Positions 7,508 to 11,644 of a stretch of DNA of 11,644 bases are shown here, in pieces; within the stretch, counting starts at the first letter, position 1, and each line of letters begins with the position of its first letter. The notes beneath the pieces were generated by a model. That model did not search any database and was not told where the DNA came from. It saw nothing but the letters and a program-made list of their open reading frames with translations. A program made the translations under genes and the position numbers. The stretch is from a bacterium (GTDB lineage: Bacteria > SAR324 > NAC60-12). The stretch covers positions 1-11,644 of the forward strand of contig CBDDTI010000187.1 of NCBI GenBank assembly GCA_965233585.1, written 5' to 3'.

Positions 7508-8606
7508 CTTTACCTCGTGTGGTTCCCTGATTCCCTTTACTAGGGCTAACGCCCAGTGGGTTATTCATGGTTTCAACTAGCACTTAAATTTACACTTCAG
7601 AGCTCTTGCAGAAGAAAGCTGATATAGTACAAGTGGAACTACTTGAGAAGAAATTAGAAGAAATGGAGAATCATTCTAAGAGAAATAATATTGTTATTTG
7701 GAATATTCCAGAAGGTGCCGAAAAAGACTCGTCATGCTTAGCGCTTGTAACTTCGATCTTGACGGCACATATGGGCCTAGAGGAGATAGAAGTAATGCGG
7801 GCCCACCGCACAAATATCAAACAAAGGCAAAGTCCTACAAGTGGTGCAACTCTACCTAGGCCAGTTCACGTATATTTACTAAGATATACCGCCAAGGAAT
7901 ACATCTTGCGTAATGCGGCCTCTAAGTTAAGAGAGAATCCATTCCATGAAGCAAAGCTATACATTTCAGATGACGTATCAAAATCTGTGAGGGAGCAGCG
8001 CAAAAAGCTTAAAGAGAGGCACCTGAATGAAATCCGTAGTCGAGAAGGGGTCCAATTCGCTTATATTCCTTGGAGCGTTCCAGCCAGGATCATTTTTAAA
8101 TTGAATGGTGAGTCAAAACTTAAGTCCTTCTACCTGCAAGCTGAAAATGCCAACGCCAGCTAAACCGACTACTGGACTTGATTGCGTATTGCTATACTAT
8201 CAAATATACTATCTTTGTTCCAGAACTGTCTGCGATATTTTAAAATGAATTATATAGCTCTTCATTTAATTTCATGAATTCGAAGCCCGCTCTTTGTTAA
8301 TCTTTTTTTTTAAAAAAAAAAATGATAAAACACATTTATAGGAAGCCATAATCACTGTCAATCACATTATTAAGTCAATATTTATCGGTTTGGAGCGAGT
8401 GCGGCTGAAGGGGAGAAAAAGGATGCTAAACTCCTTCAGGAGGGAAGATGAAAATTTGAAATTTGATATGATTTTCCAAGCTAAATTATTTACTACGTGT
8501 TTATATTTTTGTGTCAGTGTTTTCGTTTCTTTGTGTAGGGCGATGCAAATAATTATTCAAAGGCGTGTTATAAGGCAAATGGTCTTCCAGGTTTTTTCCG
8601 TACCAA

Positions 8607-11600
8607 ATGAGAAAAATTATAGCAGAAATGAGTGATTTTAGAATGCTTTCATTAAATGTTAGAGGCTTGAGCAATTTTAAGAAACGTCGCGCAATTTTTG
8701 TATGGTGCAGAAAACAAAATGCAAATATTATTTTTCTTCAAGAAACGCATTCAACTGGAAACAATGAGAAACAATGGAAAGCTGAATGGGGTGCCCCTTT
8801 GGAGCTTGCTCATGGGAATAGTAATTCAAGAGGTGTTGCAATACTTTTTCGAAAGGGCTTTGATTGCAAGACAATTAAAAAAGTCATTTATCCCAATGAA
8901 AGATATATTAGTTTTGAAGTTCAAATCAATGATGAAAACTATTTTTTAGTGAATGTTTACGGTCCAAACAATGATAATCAAGCTGTGCAATTCTATGATC
9001 ATTTAATTGACGTTTTAAGGAAAGAAGGTCTTGCTTATGAAGATAAAATAATAATAGGTGGTGACTTCAATTGTCTCATTAATCCGCTACTGGACAAAAA
9101 AGGTGGGATACTGGTATTAAGGAAAAAAGTTGTTGATCGCATTGAAGAAATACAAACAACATTTAATTTGCATGATGTATGGCGTGTTAAAAATCCCCAA
9201 GCAAAAAGCTTTACATGGTCCCAAAAATCTCCATTTATTTTTTGTAGATTAGATTATTGGCTCATCTCAAATTCACTTCAGGACTTGAGTAAAGATGTCA
9301 ACATCATTGCAGCAGTAGGGTCTGATCACTCAGCAATTTTCTTACATCTACAGGAAATCGAGGAATGTCAGCGAGGCTCGGGGTTTTGGAAAATGAATAC
9401 TTCCTTATTGACTGATGAAAATTTTGTTCAAAAGATGAAAGAAAAGCTAGACCAATGGAAAAAAGAGGGAGAGGAATTTTCAGATGTAAGAGTTGCTTGG
9501 GATTGGATTAAATATAATGTACGACTCTTTACGATACATTACTCAAAAGAAGTAAAAGGGAGAGAGAAGAAAAGCTGCAAAGAAAATTGCAAATTGCTCA
9601 AGCACAGTTCCAGCAGACCCCCTGTGAGGAGATTGAAAAAATTCTTGATGAATGCAAAGCGGACTTGGAAAATTTTTGTGAAGAAAAGGCTAATGAATTA
9701 ATTGTACGTGCCAGGGCGAGGTGGAATGAATATGGCGAAAAGAGTACAAAATATTTTTTGCGTTTAGAAAAGAGAAATTACACCAGGAAACACATAAGAA
9801 AGCTCTGTTTAAGTGGAGTCATCACTAAAAACTATAAAAAAATATTGGATTCCGCTTCGGAGTATTACAAGAATCTATATAGTAGCAAATTGAAGGTAGA
9901 CCAATCTGACTCATTACATCAATTTCTTGGAAATTCGAATATTCCACGACTATCGCAAGAGGAAAGATTAAGCTGTGAGGGTCAAATAACCATAGAGGAA
10001 TGTATCAAAGCACTTGATACATTTGACACGGTGAAGACGCCTGGAAATGACGGAATTCCTGCTGAATTTTATAAAATTTTCTGGAATTCTGTTGGTGAAT
10101 TAATGACTGAAGTTTTTAATTATTCTTTTGAGCTAGGGCAAATGTCAAATTCTCAAAAGTAGGCGATCATCACCTTGATCGACAAAAAAGGAAGGGACAG
10201 GATGTTTTTGGAAAATTGGAGACCAATCTCGTTGATTAATGTCGACTCAAAAATCGCAACTAAGGTCATCGCAAATAGAATGAAAAATGTTCTTCCCTCT
10301 GTAATCCATGCAAATCAATCCGGTTTTATGAAGGGTAGGTTTATCGGAGAAACAGCTCGTTCAATCTTAGACATTATCGCTCATACTGAATCATTACACT
10401 TACCAGGTGTTTTACTGTTTATTGATTTTGAAAAAGCTTTTGACTCCATAGAACATGAGTTTCTTTATAAAGCATTAGAATGTTTTAATTTCGGACCCTC
10501 CTTCATAAAGTGGATTCAAACGTTTTACAATAACCTCTCAAATTGTGTTCTTAACAGTGGTTTTTTCTCTTCTCCTTTTCAACTAGAAAGGGGTGTTAGG
10601 CAGGGAGACCCTCTGTCGCCTTATTTATTTCTAATTGCCATTGAAATTATGGCGATATCAATAAGAACAAATGAGAATATTGAAGGCATAAAAATTGGGG
10701 AAGATGAATCTAAGTCTTTGTTGTATGCCAACGACATGACAGCTACTCTAGCAAATATTTCATCAGTCGAAAAAGTAATAAAAATCCTTAATGACTTTGA
10801 AAAATGTTCTGGCTTAAAAATGAACCTCTCTAAAACCAAAGCTATGTGGGTTGGAAAAAACAAAAATTCTTTAGAAACACCTCTGGGCCTTGAGTGGTGT
10901 ATAGGTGTTAAGACCCTAGGTATTCACTTCTCTTGTGATCAAGAACAAGTTATGAAACAAAATTTCCAGGATAAATTAAATGAAGTTCAAAAGATGATTA
11001 ACTTATGGAAACTCAGAGGTCTCTCCCTATTTGGCAAAGTAACAATAATAAAATCTTTCCTAATCCCAAAATTATTATATGTGTCTTCAATAATAGAAAC
11101 TCCACCCGAAATTATTAAACAGATGGAGAAAATGATCTACAGTGGATTGTCTTGGATTCCGCGTCTCTTAGATGAGAAGGAAGGGCCCTGGATTTCTTAT
11201 CTCAAATACAACGTAAAAAAATACGGAGGATGTTTTCTTTTTAGATGTAACTATGATGTAAATGATCTTGACCTAAGTCTTAGTAAGTTTTACTTACAGC
11301 TTCTTAGATAGATTATGGTGGGCGGATTTTAGATGCTCCTTTTCCGATGTGAATTATTCTCAAAATGTAATTTGGAATAATAAGGATATACGAATAAATA
11401 ATAAACCCGTTTTTTATAAAACATACTTTGACAAGGGCATAACTTATTTAAATGATTTACAGTTCGATGTTGACAACGTGCGTTCTTATGAATCCTTTAA
11501 GCAAAAAGGACTTAACACTAATTTTCTGACTTGGACAGCCTTGAGATCTTCTATTATTAATATGAAATCAAAAAGCTCCTACTCCATCCCCACAGCGGGT

Positions 11601-11644
11601 AATCTTGATCCTATGAATTTTGATTATAAGTCTAAATCTTTTAA
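8607..11644 (+). pseudogene. LINE ORF2 (APE endonuclease plus reverse transcriptase), disrupted
   Basis: EN: SLNVRGL, FLQETH, NVYGPN, GGDFN, RLDY, SDH. RT: WRPISLINVDSKI, QSGF, DFEKAFD, GVRQGDPLSPYLF, YAND, SGLKMN. Lesions: frameshift at about 9560, TAG at 10160-10162, YADD to YAND (10724-10735), probable deletion at about 11140, frameshift at about 11310. Confidence 0.93.

Larger units (their letters stand above)
6916..7604. mobile_element. tRNA-containing tandem/inverted repeat insertion (296-bp unit) with 13-bp TSD CTTGCAGAAGAAA
   Basis: TSD at 6903-6915 and 7605-7617. Unit 1 is 6916-7211; partial unit 2 is 7212-7356; 7355-7376 is the reverse complement of 7298-7319; 7376-7602 is the reverse complement of 6937-7162. 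The copies differ at only a handful of positions. Confidence 0.92.
6664..8163 (+). pseudogene. LINE ORF1 (coiled coil plus L1-type RRM/CTD-like region), interrupted by the insertion at 6916-7604
   Basis: 6664-6915 (MSILRSGK...VKQTLQKK) joins in frame to 7618-8163 (ADIVQVELLEKKLEEMENHSKRNNIVIWNIPE...RAHR...PRPVHV...LYISDDVSK) once the insert and one TSD copy are removed, giving 265 aa. EN.S.RNN...IPE, RAHR and PRP are L1/Tx1 ORF1 motifs. Confidence 0.9.
6606..11644 (+). mobile_element. Tx1/L1-clade non-LTR retrotransposon, apparently 5'-complete (short 5' UTR, ORF1, about 440-bp spacer, ORF2); inactivated; runs off the window
   Basis: Two-ORF layout; begins where Gypsy RT similarity stops; APE endonuclease and RT motifs in ORF2; Tx1-type C-terminal IWNNKDIRINNKPVFY. 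Confidence 0.93.

Noticed and set aside
7338..7580. 80-aa ORF over the tRNA-like inverted copy
   Set aside because: TTG start, crosses a rearrangement junction and overlaps the tRNA-like sequence.
8303..8322. T9A11 run as a terminator or element end
   Set aside because: Low-complexity tract in the LINE inter-ORF spacer with no TSD or other support.

Overview
Eukaryotic, AT-rich animal genomic DNA; the repeat families look cnidarian/stony-coral-like, which is recall-based inference only. The window holds two phase-1 Ig (I-set-like) exons of a + strand host gene (<1..130 and 2926..3177), and both introns are packed with nested transposable elements. Intron 1 has a degenerate short-repeat element and an old TIR element (about 804-2687) containing a TTAA-flanked, nearly palindromic Kolobok-like MITE (1376-2161). 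Intron 2 has a (CATA)n microsatellite, a 5'-truncated CR1/L2-group LINE (- strand), a decayed Ty3/Gypsy element with a probable 3' LTR and PPT (- strand), and a Tx1/L1-clade LINE (+ strand, about 6606 to beyond the window end) inserted into the Gypsy RT. The most unusual object is a 689-bp insert (6916-7604) that splits LINE ORF1 and is bounded by a perfect 13-bp target-site duplication. It consists of about 1.5 tandem copies plus an inverted copy of a highly structured 296-bp unit carrying an internal tRNA-like gene with its own Pol III terminator. It has no tail and does not start at the tRNA, so it is not a normal SINE; it resembles a retrozyme/Penelope-type concatemer insertion, and a hammerhead-like but non-canonical fold spans the unit junction.
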